Below, one piece after another: positions 16,746-25,479 of a stretch of DNA of 41,845 nucleotides; positions within the stretch are counted from its first letter, which is position 1, and each line of letters opens with the position of its first letter. The translations under genes and the position numbers were made by a program. The notes beneath the pieces were generated by a model. That model did no database searches. It was not told the origin of the DNA and saw only the letters and a list, made by a program, of their open reading frames with translations. Origin of the DNA: a virus (Duplodnaviria; Caudoviricetes); the IMG/VR virus record IMGVR_UViG_3300012933_000154, positions 1-41,845 of that record. The stretch is one strand, 5' to 3'.

Positions 16746-16916
16746 ATGGTTGAGATTGAACTCACTCAAGAGCAGGTGAAACTTTTATTCCCAGCATTGA
16801 AGCAGGCAGAGTCTGCTTACACTCAGGCTGGTCAATGGAAGGCTTGCAAAGAGTTAGACAAGTTACACAGGGAACTACACAAGCAGATTTTCACATACGG
16901 TCAAGTAGAGGATTAG
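16746..16916 (+). CDS. Small hypothetical protein (56 aa, MVEIELT...)
   Basis: Translated by hand; AAAGGAG RBS. Confidence 0.65.
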   Translation: MVEIELTQEQVKLLFPALKQAESAYTQAGQWKACKELDKLHRELHKQIFTYGQVED

Positions 16917-16920
16917 CCAG

Positions 16921-17607
16921 ATGAGGCTTCTAGACCTTTTTTGCAAAGCCGGTGGCGCAAGTCGAGGTTACGAACTTGCAGGATTTACTGAAATTGTTGG
17001 AGTAGACATCAAGAAGCAAAAACGCTACCCATACACTTTCATAAAAGCCGACGCTTTAGAGATTATGAAAGACTTAGATTTTCTTCGATCTTTCGATATG
17101 ATTGCCGCGTCTCCACCGTGCCAAACCCATTCGCGCACCAAGCATTTGCGAGATGCGCAGGGTGGGACAACAAAAAAGATCGACCTCATTCCAGAAACAC
17201 GCGAAGCCCTGATTGCCAGCGGTGTGCCATACATCATCGAAAATGTTGAAGGTGCACCGCTAATAAATCCGGTAACTTGCTGTGGCAGTTCGTTCGACTT
17301 GAGCGTTCGCCGTCATAGAATCTTTGAATCTAACCTGCAATTGGAGAGTTCAGTCTGCGACCACAAGTCACAGGGCAAACCAATCGGGGTTTATGGCAGG
17401 ATGAACGACCACGCGCAAGGGCTAGACAAAACTACCGGCAAATATGTTTACGGTGGAAAAACCGCAACAAGTCTAGAAGAGGCCCATACTGCTATGGGCA
17501 TTGATTGGATGATTTGGACAGAAATTATCGAAGCAATCCCCCCAGCGTATACACACTTTTTAGGCAAGCAAGCAATAACTCAGATTAAGGAAAACAAATG
17601 CAAGTAA
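16921..17607 (+). CDS. Short DNA (cytosine-5) methyltransferase
   Basis: Motif I 'LDLFCKAGG', motif IV 'SPPCQ', motif VI 'ENV', motif VIII-like 'RRHR.F'. Confidence 0.85.
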   Translation: MRLLDLFCKAGGASRGYELAGFTEIVGVDIKKQKRYPYTFIKADALEIMKDLDFLRSFDMIAASPPCQTHSRTKHLRDAQGGTTKKIDLIPETREALIASGVPYIIENVEGAPLINPVTCCGSSFDLSVRRHRIFESNLQLESSVCDHKSQGKPIGVYGRMNDHAQGLDKTTGKYVYGGKTATSLEEAHTAMGIDWMIWTEIIEAIPPAYTHFLGKQAITQIKENKCK

Positions 17608-17849
17608 CCGTCTGGACCACCACCAACTGCGTGCAGTGCATGCAAACCAAGAAGCAGTTTGACAAGTTTGGCATCAAGTATGAAGAGAAGTCGCTTGAGG
17701 ATAACCTTGAGCAACTTGAATCATTCAAGGCACAGGGGTTCGCTTCTGCCCCAATCGTGCAGGCTGGGCTAATCACTTGGAGCGGTTTCCGGCTAGACCA
17801 CATCAAAGATGTTGAGCACAAGTTGTTTGGAGAGAAAAGAAATGGTTAG
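17598..17849 (+). CDS. nrdH: NrdH-like glutaredoxin
   Basis: 'CVQC..TK', 'SAPIV', 'WSGFR'. Confidence 0.92.
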   Translation: MQVTVWTTTNCVQCMQTKKQFDKFGIKYEEKSLEDNLEQLESFKAQGFASAPIVQAGLITWSGFRLDHIKDVEHKLFGEKRNG

Positions 17850-18078
17850 AAACGATGCAGACTTCTTGCAGGGATTCCTTGACTGGCAGATCGATATGCG
17901 ATTTTCGGCAAACGACTTCAGTCCGGAACGATACCTGAAAGAAATTGAACAGTTCAAAAAAGTTCAGGCAGTTGACAAGGCTCTGCTAATGATCGAAGCA
18001 TACGGCAATCAGGGCATTGACTGGAATCAAGAAATGATTAACCACCTAGCCCTCATCTTGAATGGCGAAGATGAATGA
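17842..18078 (+). CDS. Hypothetical protein
   Basis: GGAG RBS; operon tiling. Confidence 0.65.
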   Translation: MVRNDADFLQGFLDWQIDMRFSANDFSPERYLKEIEQFKKVQAVDKALLMIEAYGNQGIDWNQEMINHLALILNGEDE

Positions 18079-18197
18079 TAACGTTCCTCGTTATTAGTGC
18101 CCTTGTTGGCTTCATCGGCGCTGTGTTGTTCTTGCTTTTTTCGTTCGCAAGCATTATGTTTGATGATAACGACCCACTCGAACATTTGAAAGAATAA
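18075..18197 (+). CDS. Small single-TM membrane protein (40 aa)
   Basis: Translated by hand (MITFLVISALVGFIGAVLF...); ATGA and TAATG overlaps with neighbours. Confidence 0.6.
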   Translation: MITFLVISALVGFIGAVLFLLFSFASIMFDDNDPLEHLKE

Positions 18198-18538
18198 TGG
18201 CTAAGTCAGACAACTCATCAGAACCAACATACTTCGGTATCAAAAAAGAGGCTTTGCGAGCAAAGCAACTGCTTGAAGAAGGAATGGATGAATATCCGGA
18301 CTTCCCCTGCCGAGAAAACCCTGGCCCGTATATGGATTATGACGACTACCTTCTTGAAGATGATGAGGTAGAAATTCCGCCTAGACGCACGCCGGGGGAG
18401 ACTTTTAGGCTTTGCGCGCTGTGCCCAATCATTGACCTATGTTACGACTTCGCTAAAGCGAACGATGAAACACACGGCATATGGGGCGGAACAGACTTCG
18501 GAGATCGAGCCAACCGCAGGTTAGGAAAATTGTTCTAA
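18197..18538 (+). CDS. whiB: WhiB-family Fe-S transcription factor
   Basis: C...CxxC-x5-C plus 'GIWGG'. Confidence 0.88.
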   Translation: MAKSDNSSEPTYFGIKKEALRAKQLLEEGMDEYPDFPCRENPGPYMDYDDYLLEDDEVEIPPRRTPGETFRLCALCPIIDLCYDFAKANDETHGIWGGTDFGDRANRRLGKLF

Positions 18539-18546
18539 CAGGTTGC

Positions 18547-18575
18547 TTGACAACCAACAACTAGATAACTAAACT
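18547..18575 (+). promoter_or_regulatory. SigA-type promoter
   Basis: TTGACA-17 nt-TAAACT; GAAAGGAG RBS follows. Confidence 0.8.
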
Positions 18576-18593
18576 GAATTTGAAAGGAGAAAT

Positions 18594-19307
18594 ATGATTC
18601 AGAACACCAGAATTCGTGACATTGCTGTTGAACTATTGAAACAGGAATCGGACCGAGACAAGCAAAAGAACATCGGCGCGTCAGACTTCAGCGACCCTTG
18701 TGCCTATCACCTTGCAAAGAAACTATTGCGAGAGCCAGAACAGCCATCAAAGTATTGGCTTGGGGCAAAGGTTGGCACAGCCATCCACTCATACCTTGAG
18801 GATGCGATGGAGAAGGCCGACTATGTTTCAATGCCGGAACTTACCTCTCGCATCGTCGAGGAGAAAATCTACCTTGGCGAACTCGAAGGCTACGGAGTAA
18901 TCAACTCCAAGCCTGACCTTGTGCTAGTAGACAACAAGCACCTTGTCGACTGGAAAACCAGTAGCCGTGACAAGAGTCGCAAAATGCAACGAGTGCTTTT
19001 CGAGAACGCAAAACTTCCAGATATGGAATACACGCTTGAAAAGTATTACACCCAGACGCAAATCTATGCGTGGGGCAAAGTCAAGCAAGGCATCGACATC
19101 GACGGTCTGTCAATCGTTTTCGTAAACCGTGACGGAACAACAGAGAACGATGTGTGGGCTTGGACATTCGAATATGACCCAGAGCACGCACAGACCGCTT
19201 GGGACCGCCTAGAAGCCATCTGGAAAGGCTTACAAGCCAACCCAGACCCATCGCAGTTCGATCGACACGACCACTGCTTCAAATGTAAGGTGACAGACCC
19301 AGCATGA
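18594..19307 (+). CDS. Cas4-like / PD-(D/E)xK exonuclease
   Basis: 'GAS....PC', 'GTAIH', 'PD', 'DWKT', 'Q.Q.Y', C-terminal 'C..C'. Confidence 0.85.
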   Translation: MIQNTRIRDIAVELLKQESDRDKQKNIGASDFSDPCAYHLAKKLLREPEQPSKYWLGAKVGTAIHSYLEDAMEKADYVSMPELTSRIVEEKIYLGELEGYGVINSKPDLVLVDNKHLVDWKTSSRDKSRKMQRVLFENAKLPDMEYTLEKYYTQTQIYAWGKVKQGIDIDGLSIVFVNRDGTTENDVWAWTFEYDPEHAQTAWDRLEAIWKGLQANPDPSQFDRHDHCFKCKVTDPA

Positions 19308-19522
19308 AACAACTAAAAATCGCAATGGCAATAACCGGCATCATCGTAGTATCCTTTCGGATACTGGTAGGCGCGCTATTAATAACCGCGTCATACGAAC
19401 TAGACACATATTTTCTGAGGCTACTTGCAATCTGCTCGGGAATGTGGATAATAGTTCTTGCAGGAAGAAAAGTATTCACATTCATAAAGGCATACAAGCA
19501 ATTGTTTGCACAAAGTGAATAG
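19304..19522 (+). CDS. Membrane protein
   Basis: Two hydrophobic segments; ATGA overlap. Confidence 0.6.
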   Translation: MKQLKIAMAITGIIVVSFRILVGALLITASYELDTYFLRLLAICSGMWIIVLAGRKVFTFIKAYKQLFAQSE

Positions 19523-19535
19523 AATATGGTAGTAT
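19506..19535 (+). promoter_or_regulatory. Putative promoter of the ATPase/SSB/primase operon
   Basis: TTGCAC-18 nt-TAGTAT with TG extension. Confidence 0.5.
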
Positions 19536-19565
19536 CTAAAACACACACACATGAAAGGAGAAGTC

Positions 19566-20303
19566 ATGTCAGCAACGACACCACTTCCAACGCTTAGTTT
19601 CGCTAAGTTGATTCACAAGGCAGAAGCCTTGAACGCACCAAAGACCATCCTCATCTACGGAGACGCAGGACGCGGAAAGACTTGGCTTGCAGCATCTGCT
19701 GCAGAAGTAGCCGACATGTCACCAGTTCTGCTGATCGATGTCGAAGGTGGCGCATCAGCAGTCGCTCGTGACTGGAAGGATGTTGATGTAATCAACGTCT
19801 CAACCCACGAACAGTTCGACGCTGTAGTTTCAGACCTGCTAAACATCCAGCACAAATACAAGACCGTCATTATTGACACCCTTGGCGTGCAGATGGACCG
19901 CGCAGAGAAGGCTTTTGGAGAAAAGCCAGAGAACAAGGGCAACAAGTTTGGTAAGTGGGGCGACCTGAAGATTTGGGCAAACGACACCGTTCGCGCAATG
20001 CACTCAGCACCATTCACCTCAATCATTCTGACCCACGCAGTAGATGAAAAGGATGAGAACACCGGCGCAGTGAAGACTGTGCCAAACATCCCGGGCGGTT
20101 CGAAGAAGGACCTGCCGGGCATCCCAGACATCATCGGATACATGACGCTTCAGAAGACCGAAGAAGGCGCAAAGCGCGTCCTAATCGTTGACGCAAATGA
20201 CCGACTAGTAACAAAGAACCGCTTCAACTTGCCAGCAGTAATCGTTGAGCCAAGCATGAAGAAAATCACAACCCTTATCAAGGAATCAGGAGAAAAGAAA
20301 TAA
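19566..20303 (+). CDS. AAA_24 / Sak4-like ATPase (annealase)
   Basis: 'YGDAGRGKT', 'IDVEGG', 'IIDT', 'DIIGY', 'KNRF'; AAAGGAG RBS. Confidence 0.85.
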   Translation: MSATTPLPTLSFAKLIHKAEALNAPKTILIYGDAGRGKTWLAASAAEVADMSPVLLIDVEGGASAVARDWKDVDVINVSTHEQFDAVVSDLLNIQHKYKTVIIDTLGVQMDRAEKAFGEKPENKGNKFGKWGDLKIWANDTVRAMHSAPFTSIILTHAVDEKDENTGAVKTVPNIPGGSKKDLPGIPDIIGYMTLQKTEEGAKRVLIVDANDRLVTKNRFNLPAVIVEPSMKKITTLIKESGEKK

Positions 20304-20770
20304 TGTCTAATATCACTATTAGCGGAATCACCACACAGTCACTAGAGACCAAGAGTGACTACTCACCAATCCCAGCCGGCAACTACAACGCCACCATCTT
20401 CGACGTAAAGTCAGAAGAAGTCCGTTCAGGCGCAAACGCTGGTAAGCCACGCTTCAACATCCAGTTCAAGATCGTTGGCCCACTACACGAGAACCGTCGC
20501 GTATTCAGCCTCGTGCCACTATACGTTGCAAACGACTTCTGGAAGACCCAAGCGTTCTTCTCAGCACTCGGCTACGACATGAAGGCTGGAGACTTCGCAG
20601 TGCCAGAGGTGTCAGAACTTCTAGGCAAGGCAATCTCAGTTCGCGTCAAGATTGGCGCAGACCAGAACGGTGAGCCACGCAACGAAGTTGCAGGGTTCGA
20701 CGCTTCAAAGGCTGGCGACAGCCTAGCAGACCTCCTAAAGGGTCAGGGAGCAACCGAGAACGTCTGGTAA
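20303..20770 (+). CDS. Phage SSB-like protein (DUF669-like)
   Basis: 'Y.PIPAG.Y...I', 'L.GK...V.V', 'RNEV'; follows the Sak4-like gene. Confidence 0.7.
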   Translation: MSNITISGITTQSLETKSDYSPIPAGNYNATIFDVKSEEVRSGANAGKPRFNIQFKIVGPLHENRRVFSLVPLYVANDFWKTQAFFSALGYDMKAGDFAVPEVSELLGKAISVRVKIGADQNGEPRNEVAGFDASKAGDSLADLLKGQGATENVW

Positions 20771-20786
20771 ACAGACCTGAATGGGC

Positions 20787-20816
20787 AGACCTGAGCCACG
20801 TCTTAAAACTGGCTCA
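20787..20816 (+). ncRNA. H-type RNA pseudoknot
   Basis: S1 AGAC/GTCT, S2 TGAGCCA/TGGCTCA, loops of 1, 1 and 6 nt. Confidence 0.6.
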
Positions 20817-20819
20817 CTA

Positions 20820-20890
20820 CTCTCAACTGGTGTCACGCAAACTTCTTCTCCTTTCAATTGCGTGTTCAAGTTCGATTCTTGAATGAGGGA
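20820..20890 (+). ncRNA. tRNA-shaped element with anti-SD loop in the primase leader
   Basis: Closing stem CTCTCA/TGAGGG; stem CACGCAA/TTGCGTG with 17-nt pyrimidine-rich loop; T arm TTCAAG-TTCGATT-CTTGAA. Confidence 0.65.
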
Positions 20891-20917
20891 CGAAATGGAG
20901 AAGAAGAAAGGGCAACC

Positions 20918-23119
20918 ATGTTAACAAAAGATTTTTTCGAAGCGATTTACGGAGACGGTGCAGGCTACGCCACACTAGTCACCCGAGACGCTAGAAACAA
21001 CCCAACAGTTCAGAAGTTTTTCAGTTACCCTGATGAAATCGACGAAATGGTCGAATACTCAGAGCGATTCAAAGACGAAGACGTTTACGTCTCACCAATC
21101 CTGTTCTACGAAGAGCGACGAATCCGCGAGAACGCCAAATCTGTCGCAGTAGTCTACGCAGACGCAGACGCATGCCCACCAGAGAAGTTCCTAATCGAAC
21201 CGTCAATCTCTGTGCAGACATCACCAAACCGCTGGCACTGCTACTGGATTCTGCCACAGTCACACGACCCAGCCCAGATTGCCCTGCTATCAAAGAAGGT
21301 AGCCTACGCGCACAAAGACGACGGCTGTGACCTATCAGGCTGGAACCCAACCAAGTTGCTTCGTGTTCCAAACACAAGCAACCGCAAATACGATGTCTCG
21401 CACCCTGTAATCGCAACCACCACCGGCGCAATCTACACCGTTGCCGACATGGAAGCAGTCTACGGAGACATCAAGGTTGACTCGATCCTCGACCTAAGCC
21501 TTCAGCCAATGCCAGAACAGCCACTAAATGTTATGGACATCCTAGGCAAAGTCCCAAGCAACCCAGAAGTAATGTCTCTCTACCTAGATGAGCCACTACC
21601 GGGGCAGGATTTGTCACGCCGACTTTGGAAACTAGAACTTGAACTATTCCGTGTCGGGCTAACCGCCGAAGAAGTCTTCGCTGTAGTTCGCCACGCAAAG
21701 TGCAACAAATACCACCGCACAGACCGCCCAAAGCGCATGGACGCAGACGGCGACCTGTGGCGTGAAGTTCAGCGCGCCTCGCAGGTCTACCTAGTAGACG
21801 GCAATGCCGCTTTCGAGAAGATGGAACTCATCCCGAAAGAAGAAGAGAAGAAGGTAGACTTCCTACTCGCTCACGAGCGCGAGATTGTCAAAGACCACCC
21901 AACCTTCATTGACCGTTACAACGACTGGGCTTCAAAGAAGACAGATGCCGCATACCAGTATCAGGTAGCGTCAGCGTTCACCGTGCTCTCATCGGCGTTC
22001 TCAGATAGTGGACACGCAATCCCTAAATACGGCAAGATGGGCCTAAACCTTTGGTTCATGATTCTCGGTGAAACAACCCGTAGCCGTAAGTCGACCTCGC
22101 GTCAACTAATGCTACGAATGGTTCGTGAATACGAAAAGTTCGCCGGCTACCAGATCGATGTCGGTTCAGATGTGACCGCAGAAGGTCTAGTCAAGTTGCT
22201 GTCAAACCGCGACAAGCAGACCTCGCTATTCCACCGCGACGAAGTTCAGGGTATGTTCAAAGACTTCATCAACAAAACATACATGGCAACCGCTGCTGAA
22301 CGCTTCACCGAACTCTATGACGGACACGTCCCAGTGGTCGTTCGCTCAACCGGCGGAGGCACGCCGGGCAAGGGTTCACAGTCTGAGCGCGCGGAAACCA
22401 ACTTCATCATGTATCTAATGGGAATCACCTCAAAGACCGCAGATGTTCTAACAACCGAATATTTCCGTTCAGGATTCCTAGCCCGATTCATTTATGTAAT
22501 CGCAGACGCACCAGACCGCACCTACGAAAGCGAAGCAATCCAGCAAGCCGACGAAGTAGAGGTATCTGTTCGCGACGAAGAGATGCACGCAATCGTGCGC
22601 TCACTCTACGACTCATACATGTATTGGCAGAAGAAGGGCGCACCATTCCCACGCCCAGTTCGCATGACAGACGAGGCCCTAGAGCGCTTCAACGCCTTCA
22701 AATGGGAGATGGGTAACTTTACCGCAGGGCACGAACACGAAGACTCTATCGAGCCTTCACGCCAGCGTCTAGCCCTATCTGTTTGGAAGTGCGCCGTGCT
22801 CCTAGCAATGTATGACAAGTCAGACATGGTAGAACTACGCCACCTGTTAATCGCAATCCACTACTCAGAAGACTGGTTCAAGAACCTAGTCCGAATGGCT
22901 GGAGCAATCTCAGCGTCAGAATGGCAACGAGAAGTAGACGAACTAGAAGCACTCGTCACCTCAAAGGGTGGACGCATGCGCTACGAAGAGGCATACCGTC
23001 GCTTTGGCGCGAAGCGTAAGCGCGAGTTCGACGAAATGGTTGACGCGCTAAAGTCTCAAGGCAGAATGGCAATCGTAAACGAAAGCAACAAGATGTTCTT
23101 GGAGGTGGCTCGTGGATAA
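20918..23119 (+). CDS. AEP primase(-polymerase) fused to a DUF3987-like P-loop helicase
   Basis: N-terminal 'YADAD', 'QTSP.RWH.YW', 'LLRVP'; C-terminal 'LGETTRSRKST', 'T.EGL', 'RDE', 'SGFLARF'; ATG 20918 after GAAAGG. Confidence 0.82.
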   Translation: MLTKDFFEAIYGDGAGYATLVTRDARNNPTVQKFFSYPDEIDEMVEYSERFKDEDVYVSPILFYEERRIRENAKSVAVVYADADACPPEKFLIEPSISVQTSPNRWHCYWILPQSHDPAQIALLSKKVAYAHKDDGCDLSGWNPTKLLRVPNTSNRKYDVSHPVIATTTGAIYTVADMEAVYGDIKVDSILDLSLQPMPEQPLNVMDILGKVPSNPEVMSLYLDEPLPGQDLSRRLWKLELELFRVGLTAEEVFAVVRHAKCNKYHRTDRPKRMDADGDLWREVQRASQVYLVDGNAAFEKMELIPKEEEKKVDFLLAHEREIVKDHPTFIDRYNDWASKKTDAAYQYQVASAFTVLSSAFSDSGHAIPKYGKMGLNLWFMILGETTRSRKSTSRQLMLRMVREYEKFAGYQIDVGSDVTAEGLVKLLSNRDKQTSLFHRDEVQGMFKDFINKTYMATAAERFTELYDGHVPVVVRSTGGGTPGKGSQSERAETNFIMYLMGITSKTADVLTTEYFRSGFLARFIYVIADAPDRTYESEAIQQADEVEVSVRDEEMHAIVRSLYDSYMYWQKKGAPFPRPVRMTDEALERFNAFKWEMGNFTAGHEHEDSIEPSRQRLALSVWKCAVLLAMYDKSDMVELRHLLIAIHYSEDWFKNLVRMAGAISASEWQREVDELEALVTSKGGRMRYEEAYRRFGAKRKREFDEMVDALKSQGRMAIVNESNKMFLEVARG

Positions 23120-23513
23120 CGACATTAACCGCATGCGCGCAATCAACGAAGCCATCTGGCTACGCGACAACGCCACACGCCTACCAAGGCCAGAACTTGT
23201 CAAGATCGTCACAGACATCACCCGATACGAAGTCTACTCAGCAAGGCAACTCTCTGTGCTAACCGGAGGCGCTCTCTCGCACCAAACCGTCGCAAGATTA
23301 GCAGGTAAAACTGCCAAAACCGGCGGTCGGCTTGCGCCCGAAAGCCTAGACGACATCAAACAATGCTTCCACGACCGTGTAAGTAAAAACGTAAACTTCA
23401 TAACCGTGAAGCGCGTGCTAGATTCCGGCACATCCCAAGGGATGCTCAAAAAGTTGAGCGGAATCAGCCAAGCAAAAATTAGCAAAGGCGTAACAAAACT
23501 TGGACCTCTTTAG
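23112..23513 (+). CDS. HTH DNA-binding protein
   Basis: Two HTH-like segments ('SARQLS..TGG.LSHQTV', 'SQGML.KLSGISQ.KIS'); GGAGG RBS. Confidence 0.65.
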   Translation: MDNDINRMRAINEAIWLRDNATRLPRPELVKIVTDITRYEVYSARQLSVLTGGALSHQTVARLAGKTAKTGGRLAPESLDDIKQCFHDRVSKNVNFITVKRVLDSGTSQGMLKKLSGISQAKISKGVTKLGPL

Positions 23514-23646
23514 TCGCAAAGCAAAATTCGAATTCGTAATCCAAAACGAAGAGGCGGTAATGTTCCACGCAGTCAAATGGCAGTCAGGCGCTCGCTACGA
23601 ACTAGCGAAGCAATGCTTCCAATACGTTCAGCAGAAGAAAAAATGA
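23500..23646 (+). CDS. Small hypothetical protein (48 aa)
   Basis: Translated by hand from TTG; its stop overlaps the resolvase ATG (ATGA). Confidence 0.5.
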   Translation: MDLFSRKAKFEFVIQNEEAVMFHAVKWQSGARYELAKQCFQYVQQKKK

Positions 23647-24098
23647 AAAGCATCCTAGCCTTCGACCCCGGAGGGACAACCGGCTTCGCGTTCATTGGAT
23701 ACACGGACGACACAGAAGCAGTAATCTTTGAATCGGGACAAATCCCAAACGGACACAAAGGATTTATTGAATGGTGGAACGATCGCGTAGTCTACCTCCC
23801 AGAAACCGCCATCGTGTGCGAGTCGTTCACGCTAAGAGAAGGTGTCCGAGGTGTGAACTTAGAACCGTGCTATGTGATGGGTGCACTCGAAGCCTTGTAC
23901 AACGACAAAATCTTCTATCAGTCGCCTTCGTACAAAAGTTTCTGCGATAACGACGCGCTCAAGGAACTAGGCTTCTACGTCCGAGGGCAACAGCACGCAA
24001 GAGACGCTTTCAGACACGCAGTTGCATACCTTCGAACACAAGAACGACACAAGCCGACACTCCTAAAAGGTTGGCCCGACAGGGATCTAGTAGAATAG
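23643..24098 (+). CDS. RuvC-like Holliday junction resolvase
   Basis: 'ILAFDPGGTTG', 'VCESF', 'HARDA'. Confidence 0.82.
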   Translation: MKSILAFDPGGTTGFAFIGYTDDTEAVIFESGQIPNGHKGFIEWWNDRVVYLPETAIVCESFTLREGVRGVNLEPCYVMGALEALYNDKIFYQSPSYKSFCDNDALKELGFYVRGQQHARDAFRHAVAYLRTQERHKPTLLKGWPDRDLVE

Positions 24099-24153
24099 TG
24101 TTAATAACACTATACTTAAACTTGACAGTTAACGTAAAATAAGGGGCGACCAG

Positions 24154-25479
24154 TTGTCAACCAATTGCAAACTATGCGGGCTACTACCAGACGCAGAACT
24201 ATCAACTGCACTAATGACTAAATCAAGTCGTTGGATTGCAAGCCGCTACGCAGTTGGCAAAACAACCGTGAACACTCACAGAAACGCCTGCATGGGCATC
24301 GGCGTTCCAGAAGCGACCGAGACTCGCATGGAAGACAACGAACTCAAAGAAGTTGTCTGGAACGGCGACAAAGGCGAACTCCGCACCGGAACTCTAGGCC
24401 AATCACTTAGCAACGTAAGCCCAGAATCAATCCTAGAGATGTTCGGCTACAACAGCGACGAAGTAGAAATCGTCGGTGTGCTACGAGAAAAGCACGCCCA
24501 GTACTGGAGCCGAGACCTAGAAGAGATGCTGTGGAAGCACAGTTACGCCTTCGGTGTCAAGCGCAAGCAAGCAACAGAAGTAACTGACTCAATCGACCCA
24601 GTAGCGCTACTCAAAGAACTGGGAATCAAATCACAAACAAAAACAACTAACAAAGTAAATGGGGAAGACTCAACGTGGGTATTGGACTGGGCAGACTGGC
24701 AGGTCTGCAAAGCAGAAGGTGGGGGCTCGGCTGGCTTCGTTCAGCGCTTCAACCAAGTAATGGAAAGCGCACAAATTCGACTAGACGAACTTCGAAGCAC
24801 AGGGCGCAAACTCAACGAATTGCTGATAATTGGCGGAGGAGATATCGTCGAGGGATGCGTAATCTATCCCCAGCAATCATTCCATATCGATGGGCACAGG
24901 CGCGATCAAATCAGGCTCGCCGTCGCAACAATATTGCAAGGGCTGTACACTCTCGCACCACAGTTCGATAAAGTCCGACTACTCGTCGTCCCGGGAAACC
25001 ACGGCGAACACCGCATCAACGGCAACCGCACCGCAATTGGCGACAACGACGACCTGCTAGTTTTTGAAATGGCGCAGGTTGCCATCGCCAACGACCCAAA
25101 CATGCAGCACGTCTCATTCGAAATCGCTGAAGACGAAGTGTCAATGGTCACAGAAGTTCAAGGCTGGAAGTATGGTGCAACACATGGTGACGTTTACGGT
25201 CGTAGCGGTGGCTCCGGTATTCGCAACAAGGTCTTCAACTGGGTTCGCACGATGGCCGCTAACCGCCACCCTGTTGGCTTGGTTGACGTGCTTGTCACTC
25301 ACCACTATCACCACGACGCTTTAGAGGATTGGGGATCAATGCTATGGGTTCAAAATCCAACAATGGATGGTGGAAGTCACTACTACAAAGAAGCAACCGG
25401 TCACTACGCAAGACACGGAATGAACAGTTGGGTAGTCACGAAGAGCGAGCGTTTCCAAGACAAACAGATTCTCCGATAG
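24154..25479 (+). CDS. Calcineurin-like metallophosphoesterase (Mre11/SbcD-related)
   Basis: 'ADWQ', 'GDIVEG', 'PGNHG', 'HGD', 'HYHH'; N-terminal C..C and HTH-like region. Confidence 0.85.
   Translation: MSTNCKLCGLLPDAELSTALMTKSSRWIASRYAVGKTTVNTHRNACMGIGVPEATETRMEDNELKEVVWNGDKGELRTGTLGQSLSNVSPESILEMFGYNSDEVEIVGVLREKHAQYWSRDLEEMLWKHSYAFGVKRKQATEVTDSIDPVALLKELGIKSQTKTTNKVNGEDSTWVLDWADWQVCKAEGGGSAGFVQRFNQVMESAQIRLDELRSTGRKLNELLIIGGGDIVEGCVIYPQQSFHIDGHRRDQIRLAVATILQGLYTLAPQFDKVRLLVVPGNHGEHRINGNRTAIGDNDDLLVFEMAQVAIANDPNMQHVSFEIAEDEVSMVTEVQGWKYGATHGDVYGRSGGSGIRNKVFNWVRTMAANRHPVGLVDVLVTHHYHHDALEDWGSMLWVQNPTMDGGSHYYKEATGHYARHGMNSWVVTKSERFQDKQILR

Noticed and set aside
18594-19307. Cas4 as evidence of a CRISPR-Cas system
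   Set aside because: Solo Cas4-like nucleases next to Sak4/SSB genes are ordinary phage recombination modules
20820-20890. Ordinary tRNA gene
   Set aside because: No D stem, a 17-nt loop in place of a 7-nt anticodon loop, and 6+6 stem geometry; reported as a tRNA mimic
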